64,000 nt of DNA from an uncultured bacterium (GCA_964630595.1 CAZVVT010000001.1:248575-312574); one strand, 5' to 3'. Positions 14,929 to 23,512 are shown, counted from the first letter of the stretch. Notes: a model not told the origin generated them from the sequence alone. Program-made: numbers and translations.

Positions 14929-15061
14929 TATTGCCTCCTTTTCGCTTCGGTTAAAGCGAATATTATTCAATTATCTCATAACTACGATATTTTGCAACCA
15001 AAGAGGTTGCAGGGAAATCGGGTCATTTGTCCATAATGACCCCTCATCAAGGAGGTTTTTG

Positions 15062-15415
15062 ATGTTATTGTCAGGAGTTCGAAGAGCCACTTTATCTACA
15101 GTTGCAGGACTTTCTAATGCCGACCCCTATACCCACTTGCGTGCACGAGCCGTACGAATGGCTTCTGAGGCAGCAGCCGCAGCGCGATGGCGAGTGGAGT
15201 CGGGCGGAGCCTCAAGAGAAGAACTTTTTCTTTGTACGGCGGCAAAGAATCAAGTTTCGAGCTTAAAAAGGCTTTTGGAGCGCTGCGATGATGATCCCAG
15301 AATGCGCGCTGTCGTCGAGAAAGCGTTGCTGCTTCCCACTCTTTCTTCAGAAACCAAAAAGTGTCTGCGGGATTGGCAAAGCGGGTTTGGAGAGAGATCC
15401 CCCACGGGATGCTAA
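15062..15415 (+). CDS. hypothetical protein (117 aa)
   Basis: GGAGG lies 6 nt upstream of the ATG at 15062. Its stop TAA abuts the ATG of the next gene (15416). No recognisable motif. Confidence 0.5.
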   Translation: MLLSGVRRATLSTVAGLSNADPYTHLRARAVRMASEAAAAARWRVESGGASREELFLCTAAKNQVSSLKRLLERCDDDPRMRAVVEKALLLPTLSSETKKCLRDWQSGFGERSPTGC

Positions 15416-16798
15416 ATGGACTACTGGTTAACGAGACTCTGCATACAAAAGGCACTCGCCTTTGTCTATTGCATCGCCTTTTTGATCGTCATCAACCAAT
15501 TTAAGCCCCTTTTAGGTAGGCGCGGGCTGATGCCTGCACAGCGCTTTCTTCAAGGGCGCAGCTTTTGGCAAGTGCCCAGCCTTTTTTGGCTGCACTGCTC
15601 CGATCTTTTCCTCACTGTGATGGGATGGCTCGGTCTTTTTCTTTCCGTCCTCGCACTTCTGGGCATCGGAGATCATTTCGTTCTCTGGTTTCTTCTTTGG
15701 GCCCTCTATCTCTCCTTTGTGAACATCGGCCAAACCTTCTACGGTTTTGGTTGGGAGATTTTGCTACTAGAGACCGGTTTCTTGGCGATCTTCTTGGGGC
15801 CGGCAGATCAGGCCCCCTCCATCATTGTCATCTGGCTCTTCCGGTGGCTGCTTTTTCGCGTCATGCTGGGCGCGGGGCTCATCAAAATCCGCGGCGATCG
15901 CTGCTGGCGCGATTTGACTGCCCTTTTCACTTACTACGAGACGCAGCCCCTGCCGGGTCCTTTGAGCCGCGCTTTTCATCGACTACCGCTGGCAGCTCAT
16001 AAAGCCACTGCTTTCTTCACCCATTTTGTGGAGTTAGTCGTCCCCTTCACGCTCTTCTGGCCCCCAGAGCTTGCTCTTTTCGGCGGGCTCGTCTCTCTTT
16101 TCTTCCAAGTAATGCTCATTGTCTCAGGCAACCTTTCTTGGCTCAACTACATTACCATTGTTCTCTGCCTCTCCTGCTTCAACGACTCCTTCCTTTCCCA
16201 CTTTATCTCCCTTTCGCCCCCGCTACTGCACGAGATGAGCGTGGCCCATCAAGCAGTCATCCTGCTCCTCTTTTTTGCCATCGTCTACTTGAGCATTAAG
16301 CCGACGCAAAATTTGCTCTCCTCGCGGCAGATCATGAACACCAGCTTCAACCCTCTTCACTTGGTGAACACCTACGGAGCCTTTGGTTCGATCACGCGCA
16401 AACGCAATGAAATCATCCTCGAAGGAAGCCTTGATGGCTCAACGTGGCTTGCCTATGAATTTAGGGGCAAGCCGGGCAACGTCAACCGGCGCCCTCCCCA
16501 AGTCTCTCCCTACCATTTTAAACTGGATTGGCAGATGTGGTTTGCCGCGATGTCTAACTATCTCTATCACCCCTGGACCGTCACTTTGTGCGAAAAAATG
16601 CTGCAAGGCGACCGCGCCGTACTGAGCCTGCTGAAAACCAATCCTTTTCCGGACGCGCCACCAAAATTTGTGCGCGCACAACTCTACGAATACCACTTCA
16701 GTGATGGCGTAGATGGCACTTGGTGGCGAAGAGAGCTGAAAAGCAGCTATCTACCTCCTTTGTCGCTCGATACTATTTCGTCTTTTCTCGGACCCTAA
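15416..16798 (+). CDS. lipase maturation factor (LMF1/DUF1222)-like membrane protein
   Basis: YGFGWEILLLETGFLAIF, GAGLIKIRGDRCWRDLTAL..YYETQPLPGPLS, VNTYGAFGSITRKRNEIILEG and PYHFKLDWQMWFAAM match the LMF family architecture. Confidence 0.65.
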   Translation: MDYWLTRLCIQKALAFVYCIAFLIVINQFKPLLGRRGLMPAQRFLQGRSFWQVPSLFWLHCSDLFLTVMGWLGLFLSVLALLGIGDHFVLWFLLWALYLSFVNIGQTFYGFGWEILLLETGFLAIFLGPADQAPSIIVIWLFRWLLFRVMLGAGLIKIRGDRCWRDLTALFTYYETQPLPGPLSRAFHRLPLAAHKATAFFTHFVELVVPFTLFWPPELALFGGLVSLFFQVMLIVSGNLSWLNYITIVLCLSCFNDSFLSHFISLSPPLLHEMSVAHQAVILLLFFAIVYLSIKPTQNLLSSRQIMNTSFNPLHLVNTYGAFGSITRKRNEIILEGSLDGSTWLAYEFRGKPGNVNRRPPQVSPYHFKLDWQMWFAAMSNYLYHPWTVTLCEKMLQGDRAVLSLLKTNPFPDAPPKFVRAQLYEYHFSDGVDGTWWRRELKSSYLPPLSLDTISSFLGP

Positions 16799-16876
16799 GT
16801 GAAACTTGGTTGTTGCCATATTTAGGGTCCAACCCCTAATAATGGCGCTTCAAATTTTGTACCTTTGGGTTCACAA

Positions 16877-18130
16877 ATGCATGATTCCCGCACCACCCAT
16901 TTTCGTTGGGTTATTGCCAGCCTCATCTTTTTCATTACGCTGGTGAACTTCATTGACCGCTCTGCGATTTCCTTTGTGATCGACCCCCTAAAAAAGGAGT
17001 TTCACTTCAGCGACACGCAGTTTGGCATGATCCTCTCCGCTTTCGGCCTCGGCTACGTCCTGCTGACGGCTTTTGGAGGATGGCTTGTTGACCATTGGGG
17101 CGCACGGCTTGTTTGGCCCTTGGCCGCCATTACATGGTCGCTATGCGTAGGGCTACTGGGGTTTGCGGGTGGTTTTTGGGGCTTCATTACTCTGCGCTTT
17201 CTGCTCGGCGTAACGGAGGGGCCGCACTTTCCTGCCATGTCGCGCTGCATCAGCAATTGGCTGCCCCCTTCCGAGCGCGCACGCGCTTTATCACTCGGCC
17301 TCGTTGCCATTCCCCTCTCTTCTGTCATCGGTGCTCCCGTGACCTCTTACTTGGTCGCTGACTTTGGCTGGCGCGTCATGTTCTTTGCCATCAGCAGCGT
17401 CGGCATTCTCTGGGCCATCGTTTGGTACTTTCTCTTCCGCGACCACCCCAAAGATTCCCGGTTTGTGAGCCGAGAAGAGAAGATTCTCATTCACTCTTCG
17501 CAAAAAGAACCCACCGCTGCAGAAAGCTCCCGTACCGACTGGCGCTACATCCTGACGCATCCTGCACTGGTCGCCAACAACATCGCCTACTTCGCCTTTG
17601 GCTACATGCTCTTTTTTGCCACACTCTGGCTGCCGGGGTACTTTTTATCGCAGCACAACCTCGACCTCAAAAGCGTGGGATGGTATCTGACGATTCCTTG
17701 GCTCGTGGGGGCGATTTTCTTGAAAGCCGGCGGCATTATCTCTGACTGGCTCTACAAGAAAACCAAGCGCCGCCGGTTGGCGCGCTCTCATCTGATTTGG
17801 AGCAGCCAATTGCTAGCAGCAGCCTGCTTTGTCGCCCTCGGCTACACGGACTCTTTGAGCTACTCTCTGCTCTTTTTGAGCTTAGGATTAGGTTTTGGCC
17901 TCATGCCTCAACCCGCTTTCTTCAGCACCAACATCGACATTGCAAAACATCGCTCTGGCTCTGCTCAGGGCATCACTTCAAGCTGTCTTTCGCTAGCGGG
18001 AATTGTGGCCCCTGTGATGACAGGCTGGCTCATTGATCTGACGGGCAATTACCAGGGAGCCTTTTTACTTCTCGGCGGCTTGACCTGCATCGGCGTTCTG
18101 GCAGTAATTTTCTTCCATCACCCAGACTAA
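16877..18130 (+). CDS. MFS transporter (anion:cation symporter/ACS-like)
   Basis: 12-TM layout. VNFIDRSAISFVI is an N-terminal block typical of the ACS family. The ATG at 16877 is preferred over the TTG at 16865. Confidence 0.7.
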   Translation: MHDSRTTHFRWVIASLIFFITLVNFIDRSAISFVIDPLKKEFHFSDTQFGMILSAFGLGYVLLTAFGGWLVDHWGARLVWPLAAITWSLCVGLLGFAGGFWGFITLRFLLGVTEGPHFPAMSRCISNWLPPSERARALSLGLVAIPLSSVIGAPVTSYLVADFGWRVMFFAISSVGILWAIVWYFLFRDHPKDSRFVSREEKILIHSSQKEPTAAESSRTDWRYILTHPALVANNIAYFAFGYMLFFATLWLPGYFLSQHNLDLKSVGWYLTIPWLVGAIFLKAGGIISDWLYKKTKRRRLARSHLIWSSQLLAAACFVALGYTDSLSYSLLFLSLGLGFGLMPQPAFFSTNIDIAKHRSGSAQGITSSCLSLAGIVAPVMTGWLIDLTGNYQGAFLLLGGLTCIGVLAVIFFHHPD

Positions 18131-18132
18131 AT

Positions 18133-18169
18133 AAAAAAACTTGCTAGACCTCCGAAGAGGGCTAGCAAG
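18133..18169 (-). terminator. rho-independent terminator of cspA (also closes the convergent MFS gene)
   Basis: Hairpin CTTGCTAG-A-CCTC-CGAA-GAGG-G-CTAGCAAG at 18140-18169, followed on the minus strand by a T7 run (plus-strand A7 at 18133-18139). Confidence 0.75.
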
Positions 18170-18197
18170 TTCATTAAATATGGACTGCAGTATTTAC

Positions 18198-18401
18198 TTA
18201 AGCGAGAGAAACTTCTGTTGCTTCTGGACCTTTGCGGCCTGGTCTTTCGACGTATTCTACTGCTTGACCTTCGCGTAATTCAATACCACCCATGACGTTG
18301 CTTGCGTGAACAAACAGCTCTTTGCCACCCGCATCGGGAGTGATAAAGCCAAAGCCTTTTTGTGTGTTGAAAAATTTGATTGTGCCTTTTGATTTTGTCA
18401 C
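18198..18401 (-). CDS. cspA: cold-shock protein (CSD)
   Basis: GTIKFFNTQKGFGFITPD (RNP-1) and the FVHAS (RNP-2-like) motif. 67 aa. Confidence 0.95.
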   Translation of the reverse strand: MTKSKGTIKFFNTQKGFGFITPDAGGKELFVHASNVMGGIELREGQAVEYVERPGRKGPEATEVSLA

Positions 18402-18539
18402 GAACTAAAACTCCGTATGGTTGTTCCCAGCAAATATACCATATAATGCACGTTGCACGCCAGTTTTCTCTCACCCCCCCTCTCGTGACAAAGGATTAGA
18501 TTTTAACCTTTACAGGGGGTAAAATAACTATTCTTCACT

Positions 18540-19409
18540 ATGCGGTTCCTCCTTTTCGCGGCCTTTCTAGCCTTTAGCACACTGCACTCAGCTACTTGGA
18601 AGTGGGATAATCGGACCATTTTCTACATGGAAAAGGGCCAGGGCGACCGCCACATTCTCCTGCTGCATGGCTTCGCCGCCAACACCTACACCTGGCATAA
18701 CCAGGTCGATCTTCTCGAAAAAAAGGGGTACCACGTCTGGGCCCCCGACTTTCTCGGCTTTGGCGGCAGCGACAAGCCCTGCGAGGTGGCCTACAGCTTG
18801 AGGCTATACCGCGACCAAATCCTCTCCTTCATGCAGGCCCACAACATCCCCAAAGCCCATATTGTTGGTCATTCCATGGGAGGCGCGGTGGCCCTGGCCA
18901 TCGCCGTTCACGCACCCGACAAAGTCCGCTCCCTGGTCCTGATTGACTCTGCTGGTTACCCCCTGCGGCTCCCCTTGCACCTCTTCATCGGCAAACAGTG
19001 CAAAGAACTCGTCCCCGCCAACTTGCCCCCCTTTTTCACCAAAGCGGCCATCCGCCTGGCCCTCATGCAGATTTTCTACGACAGCTCTCGTATCCAAAGC
19101 GAGCAGGTCGAGGCCTACTGGAAACCCTACACCCAGGCCGGAGCCGTCCAATGCTCTTTCGCCATTCTTCAAGCGTTCAACAACGCCGATTTCCAGGCAC
19201 AAAAAGAGCTCTATAAAAACATCACAGCCCCCACCTTAATTGTTTGGGGTGAACAGGATACGTGGATCCCCTTGCGCTATCAACAGCGCATGAAAAACGA
19301 CATTACCCACGCCCAGACCGTCCTTATTTCCTCCTGCGGCCATGCGCCTCAAGAAGAGTGCCCCGCAAAATTCAACGCGCCCTTTATTGATTTTCTATCC
19401 CAAAATTAA
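18540..19409 (+). CDS. secreted alpha/beta-fold hydrolase
   Basis: Signal peptide MRFLLFAAFLAFSTLHSA, then HILLLHGF, nucleophile elbow GHSMGGAVA and C-terminal CGHAPQEE. Confidence 0.8.
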   Translation: MRFLLFAAFLAFSTLHSATWKWDNRTIFYMEKGQGDRHILLLHGFAANTYTWHNQVDLLEKKGYHVWAPDFLGFGGSDKPCEVAYSLRLYRDQILSFMQAHNIPKAHIVGHSMGGAVALAIAVHAPDKVRSLVLIDSAGYPLRLPLHLFIGKQCKELVPANLPPFFTKAAIRLALMQIFYDSSRIQSEQVEAYWKPYTQAGAVQCSFAILQAFNNADFQAQKELYKNITAPTLIVWGEQDTWIPLRYQQRMKNDITHAQTVLISSCGHAPQEECPAKFNAPFIDFLSQN

Positions 19410-19432
19410 CTGCCAGGTGCATAAGGAAGTTT

Positions 19433-19603
19433 ATGCTGATGTGGGCCGTAATCTTCCTAGTTGTCGCGATCGTCGCAGGGCTCTTTGGATTTCGCGGGGT
19501 AGCTAGCAGTGCCGTAGGAATCGCCAAGATTCTCTTTGCCATCTTCCTCATTCTCTTCCTGATTTCTCTCATCTACCACTTCATGACCCCTCCAGTAAAT
19601 TAG
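19433..19603 (+). CDS. DUF1328/UPF0391 small membrane protein (YtjA-like)
   Basis: 56 aa: MLMWAVIFLVVAIVAGLFGFRGVASSAVGIAKILFAIFLILFLISLIYHF. This is the family consensus pattern. AAGGAAG lies upstream and a terminator follows. The gene is absent from the ORF track (<60 aa), and the antisense track ORF 19384-19572 is spurious. Confidence 0.8.
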   Translation: MLMWAVIFLVVAIVAGLFGFRGVASSAVGIAKILFAIFLILFLISLIYHFMTPPVN

Positions 19604-19618
19604 TTTCCTAACGCCTTC

Positions 19619-19651
19619 CTTGGCTATTGAACCCCAATAGCCAAGTTTTTT
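19619..19651 (+). terminator. rho-independent terminator
   Basis: A 10-bp stem, CTTGGCTATT / AATAGCCAAG, with loop GAACCCC, followed by TTTTTT. Confidence 0.8.
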
Positions 19652-19696
19652 ATCTCTCTGCAAAAAAAGCCCGTTTCGACGTACAATTTTTTCCTT

Positions 19697-20836
19697 ATGC
19701 GTCGATACCTCCTTTTCTTTGTCTGTCTTTTATTCTGCAGTTCGCTGTGCGCCGAAAAAACGATCGCCATCTTTTTGAACAAGCATGCGCAAGGATGGGG
19801 CCCCGAAAGTGTGAAAACGGGCATTCCCGGATCAGAAGAGGCCGTGATTTACATGGCTGATCAGTTGGCTAAGCTGGGATACAAGGTCTACGTGCTGGGT
19901 AAACCCATGCGCGGCTCACCGCACCGTTTGTGCAGCGCCAACCCTCGCTATGTCAGCTTAAACTTTGACGATGGAACGGTTTTTGATGTAGGCATTGCCT
20001 GGCGCATGCCCGATGCTGCCCAGCGCATCAAACAACGCGCGCGTACTGTTTATTTCTGGCCCGAGGATCTGTGTGAGAAGGTCTACACCGAAGAGCAGAT
20101 CAACTCCTTTGACGGCGTACTCTGGATTTCCGAGTATGAACGCCAGCAATACATCAGCAAAAATCCCGCTTTTGCAAAGTTCACACACATCTACGGCAAC
20201 GGCGTGCCTGCAGCGCTGGCCAAGCCCATTCAGCCAAGAGAAAACCCCTACTCCTGTATCTGGGGCTCGAACTACGCACGCGGCCTCGATATCCTTCTCG
20301 ACATCTGGCCCGAGGTAAAAAAACACTACCCGAAAGCCACTCTCGACATCTACTACGGCTGGCAACACTGGGGTTGCATGTCAAAGCAAAAAGAGGCGCA
20401 GATGCGCGCGCAAGTTCTTGCTTTAGCCCCCTTAGGTGTACAAGAGCATGGTATGGTCGGTCACGATGAGCTCACACAGGCCTATGAACGCGCCTCTTTG
20501 TGGACCTACCCCTGCACAGCGCTAGAGACCTTCTGCACTACGGCGATCCGTGCGCAGCTAGCCGGCGCTATTCCTGTCATCATCGATGGCTCCGCCCTCA
20601 AAGAGACGGTGCGTCATGGCTACCGCTGCGCGACAAAAGAGGAATACCTGGCCATGCTACTGCAAACCATGTCGACTATCGACAAAGTCTCTGTAGAAGA
20701 GCGCCAAAAAATGTCCTCATTCATCGTCCAGGAGTACACCTGGGAGGTGCTTGCAAAACGATGGCAAGAGCTTTTCGAGTCCACTCCAGTACGTAACGAG
20801 CCCCCTAAACGGCGCGCGCTAACGTTTTTCTACTAG
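19697..20836 (+). CDS. GT-B fold glycosyltransferase (GT4-like)
   Basis: The C-terminal block LWTYPCTALETFCTTAIRAQLAGAIPVIIDGSALKETV resembles the E-x7-E / PV-containing donor-binding region of group 1 glycosyltransferases. The N-terminus is hydrophobic. Confidence 0.5.
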   Translation: MRRYLLFFVCLLFCSSLCAEKTIAIFLNKHAQGWGPESVKTGIPGSEEAVIYMADQLAKLGYKVYVLGKPMRGSPHRLCSANPRYVSLNFDDGTVFDVGIAWRMPDAAQRIKQRARTVYFWPEDLCEKVYTEEQINSFDGVLWISEYERQQYISKNPAFAKFTHIYGNGVPAALAKPIQPRENPYSCIWGSNYARGLDILLDIWPEVKKHYPKATLDIYYGWQHWGCMSKQKEAQMRAQVLALAPLGVQEHGMVGHDELTQAYERASLWTYPCTALETFCTTAIRAQLAGAIPVIIDGSALKETVRHGYRCATKEEYLAMLLQTMSTIDKVSVEERQKMSSFIVQEYTWEVLAKRWQELFESTPVRNEPPKRRALTFFY

Positions 20837-21700
20837 CGCAGTTTGCGTGACGAGCCACTCTGAGATGCTCTTGAAAGCCGCATCACTTCTGCGTGCGAAA
20901 GCTTCCTGCGTGCGGTAGCCAATGTGAGGCGTGAGCAAAACGTTGTCCTGCTGCGGCAGCGGCGGCACATCGTCAAATACGTCGAGAGCTACTCCAGCGA
21001 TAGCTTTTTTCTTGATCATCGCAACCAGCGCGGTCTGATCGATCACAGGCCCACGAGCTGTGTTGATGAGAATCGCCGAGGGCTTCATCAACGCCAGTCG
21101 CTCTTTGTTGAGAAAGTGCTTCGTCTCTGCTGTGTAGGGAATGTGTAGGCTGACAATATCGGAGGAGGTCAGAAGCCTTTCGATCGCGACAGGTGGCACT
21201 GCGCTGCGACTATAGATAGAAACATCACAGCCAAAAGCGGAAAACCGCTTGGCCACTTCCTGGCCAATGCTGCCACCACCAATAAGTCCCACCTTTTTGC
21301 CATAAAGCTCATGGCCAATGGAGGTGGGTTCTGCTTCTGCAATGTTGCGATAAAGGTTGAGAGCCAACGCAACGGTTAATTCCGCAACTGCGTGCACAGC
21401 ATATCCAGAGGCGTTTTTTACCACGATGCCCCGCTCTTGACAGGCTGCAAGATCGATATGGTCAAGACCAGTAAAGGCCGTTGAGATGAGTTGCAGTGTT
21501 GGACACGCCTCGATCACTAAGCGACGCAAAGGGCGATTGGCCAGAATGACCGCATCGGCGCCTTGTATAAACTGCGCCACAAAAGCATCCTCTTTGCCCC
21601 GCGTATCGGCTACTTCAACGCGTGCACCGCAGCTTCTTAACTGTTCGATGTATTTGCCATCGTCCAAACCAATGGGCTCAAGAATTTTTACCAGTACCAT
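20819..21700 (-). CDS. D-isomer-specific 2-hydroxyacid dehydrogenase (PGDH/glyoxylate reductase-like)
   Basis: VGLIGGGSIGQEVAKR NAD-binding motif, ILINTARGPVID and LTPHIGY catalytic blocks. Confidence 0.8.
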   Translation of the reverse strand: MVLVKILEPIGLDDGKYIEQLRSCGARVEVADTRGKEDAFVAQFIQGADAVILANRPLRRLVIEACPTLQLISTAFTGLDHIDLAACQERGIVVKNASGYAVHAVAELTVALALNLYRNIAEAEPTSIGHELYGKKVGLIGGGSIGQEVAKRFSAFGCDVSIYSRSAVPPVAIERLLTSSDIVSLHIPYTAETKHFLNKERLALMKPSAILINTARGPVIDQTALVAMIKKKAIAGVALDVFDDVPPLPQQDNVLLTPHIGYRTQEAFARRSDAAFKSISEWLVTQTALVEKR

Positions 21701-21761
21701 AATATCTTCCAGTTAGCACGCTTGGAGACTATTGTGCAACATAGGTATCATGGGCCTCATC

Positions 21762-22073
21762 ATGAGCGATTTTGCCCTCTATAAAATTCTTTCCGTGGAG
21801 AATTGGGAGAAGAGTGATCACAACCTCGCTCTCCCCTCTTTTGACGAACGTTTTGTCCATTTCGCCCTCCCTGACCAGCTAGAGCGCATTATCGGCAAGT
21901 ATTGGGCGGATGAACCCGTCTTCATGGTCTTAAAAATCGACCCCGAAAAACTCCCCGGACGACTGGTGCTCGAAACCAATCCGGGCGGCACAAACCAATA
22001 CTACCACCTCTACGAGGGAGTGGTTCCTTTGGATGCTGTAATCGAATCGAAAATCATCATTCAAAGCGACTAA
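21762..22073 (+). CDS. DUF952 family protein
   Basis: LYKIL...W...DERFVHFALPDQL...VLKIDPEKLPGRLVLE..PGG...YYHLYEG matches the DUF952 pattern. The start is chosen at MSDF. Confidence 0.6.
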   Translation: MSDFALYKILSVENWEKSDHNLALPSFDERFVHFALPDQLERIIGKYWADEPVFMVLKIDPEKLPGRLVLETNPGGTNQYYHLYEGVVPLDAVIESKIIIQSD

Positions 22074-22354
22074 TGCTCCTTCTTATCACAGCCCTTCAAC
22101 TCCTCTCTGCTCAGGGCAGCGAGATTCATACGGTCTCTTCATTTCCTCTCGTCGACTACTTCTGCACCTATAGTCAAGAGGGCCAGCTACTCTGGGAAAT
22201 CCCCTTTAGCGCCCACATTCTCTCTTGGGAAAAGCAGGAGGATCACTTCCTGATCTACTCCCAAGCGCGCGATGAGAAAAACTATTATCTCGATGTTTTT
22301 GATAGCGATGGCACATTCCTATGGAGCAAGACCATCCGGGGGCCTTCTCAATAA
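22073..22354 (+). CDS. hypothetical small secreted protein
   Basis: 93 aa with a signal-like N-terminus, MLLLITALQLLSAQG. TAATG overlap with DUF952. No recognisable motif. Confidence 0.45.
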   Translation: MLLLITALQLLSAQGSEIHTVSSFPLVDYFCTYSQEGQLLWEIPFSAHILSWEKQEDHFLIYSQARDEKNYYLDVFDSDGTFLWSKTIRGPSQ

Positions 22355-23127
22355 GAAAAAAACGTCATGTGGATGGCATTGAGGAGAAAGTGACAGAGGA
22401 TAGAGCTTTCTACCCGGCGCGAAATCATGTACACCCCTCCGTAGAGCAGCCCGGCGAGGAAGACAAAGGCCATCAATTCCGGCTTCCAGTAGAGGTGTGC
22501 GAGGGTAAAAATGAGCGCTGAGGCAACCAGGGCCACCCACTTGTTTGTCATGCGCAACAGTTCGTGCAGAACAAAGCCGCGGTAAAAGCCCTCTTCCGCC
22601 GCTGCAACCAGGATCAGGCCGCTGGCATAGCGCCAAGGCGATACATCATTGATATGCGGAAAAACGGCTCCTACGGCAAGAGCAACGCCCGCCATGGCCA
22701 CAATCCCCAAAACAGTCAGCCAAAAACCTTTTAAAACCTTCACCCACTCTTTTGCCTTTGTCAGTGGAACGACCAGAGCGAGAGGAAAGAGGCCTACAAT
22801 GGGCGAATCAAAACTCAAGATGAGTCCGTTGGGAAAACGCATGGTAGGAAAGCCGGGGAGCAAATGGAATTTAAAGGCAAAGGAGGCCGCTACGATGATC
22901 CAAAAAAAGACGAAGCTTCTGCGGATAGAATAGTCATTCCACAGCAGCGCCCAGACAAGCACAAAGGCCAGCCCAAGAATTCCAATACTGTCATGTGTGT
23001 AGCCTAAAACAAGCGCTGCTAAAAGCAGCCCGCCCCAGATCTTGATGTCTCGGCGGATCCACACGCTCACAATACTCAAGGCTAGTAGTACAAAAGGGAC
23101 CATGAGCCTTAAGATACGGAAAGCCAT
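22348..23127 (-). CDS. CPBP family intramembrane glutamic endopeptidase (CAAX protease/Abi)
   Basis: Motifs AAAEEGFYRGFV (EExxxR), FTLAHLY (FxxxH) and HFLLNAIH (HxxxN). The start is uncertain (23127 or 23103). Confidence 0.8.
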   Translation of the reverse strand: MAFRILRLMVPFVLLALSIVSVWIRRDIKIWGGLLLAALVLGYTHDSIGILGLAFVLVWALLWNDYSIRRSFVFFWIIVAASFAFKFHLLPGFPTMRFPNGLILSFDSPIVGLFPLALVVPLTKAKEWVKVLKGFWLTVLGIVAMAGVALAVGAVFPHINDVSPWRYASGLILVAAAEEGFYRGFVLHELLRMTNKWVALVASALIFTLAHLYWKPELMAFVFLAGLLYGGVYMISRRVESSILCHFLLNAIHMTFFSY

Positions 23128-23512
23128 GGTTTTTCGAGAAGAAGTAGAAAAAAGGATGGAAAGGCTGGGAATTCGCCCTGAGGACCTGGTCGAAAAGTTC
23201 ATTTTGGGCAGCGGCTCGGGTGGGCAAAAGATCAATAAGACCTCCTCCTGCGTCTACATCAAGCACATCCCCACCGGCATCGAAGTGAAGTGCCAGCAAG
23301 AGCGTTCTCGCGAGCTCAACCGGCTCTTTGCCCGAAGGCTGCTCTGCGAACGCATCGAGCGGCTCAACACCGATCAGCTGACGAAAGAACAGCAGAAGAT
23401 CGAAAAGATCAAACGCCAAAAAAGAAGGCGCAGCCGCAAATCAAAGGAGAAGATGCTGCAGGCGAAAAAACTGCACTCCGAAAAGAAACGGCTACGAAAT
23501 CCAGAGGCCTAG
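23126..23512 (+). CDS. arfB: peptidyl-tRNA hydrolase ArfB-like / class I release factor GGQ domain protein
   Basis: GSGSGGQKINKTSSCVYIKHIPTGIEVKCQQERS carries the GGQ motif, and the C-terminal tail is basic (KIKRQKRRRSRKSKEK). The start is uncertain (23126 or 23102). Confidence 0.75.
   Translation: MVFREEVEKRMERLGIRPEDLVEKFILGSGSGGQKINKTSSCVYIKHIPTGIEVKCQQERSRELNRLFARRLLCERIERLNTDQLTKEQQKIEKIKRQKRRRSRKSKEKMLQAKKLHSEKKRLRNPEA

Noticed and set aside
14832-14954. A plus-strand 40-codon ORF (MNCRCNSAAGRRRRLGRRTG...) overlapping the Ala-rich small ORF.
   Set aside because: It is rich in rare AGG/CGG codons, and its G/T-ending third positions look like the antisense of a real frame. The minus-strand frame has the consensus SD and native C3 bias.
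15114-15455. A 113-aa minus-strand ORF opposite the 117-aa hypothetical gene.
   Set aside because: It has no SD, and it crosses the start of the LMF-like gene. The plus-strand ORF has GGAGG at the ideal distance and abuts the next gene.
18402-18539. A TATAAT hexamer at 18443-18448 that might be a promoter for the secreted hydrolase, or part of a long cspA leader.
   Set aside because: The best -35 candidate (TTGTTC) has only a 15-nt spacer. On the cspA strand I could not find a convincing -35/-10 pair, so the evidence is too weak to annotate.
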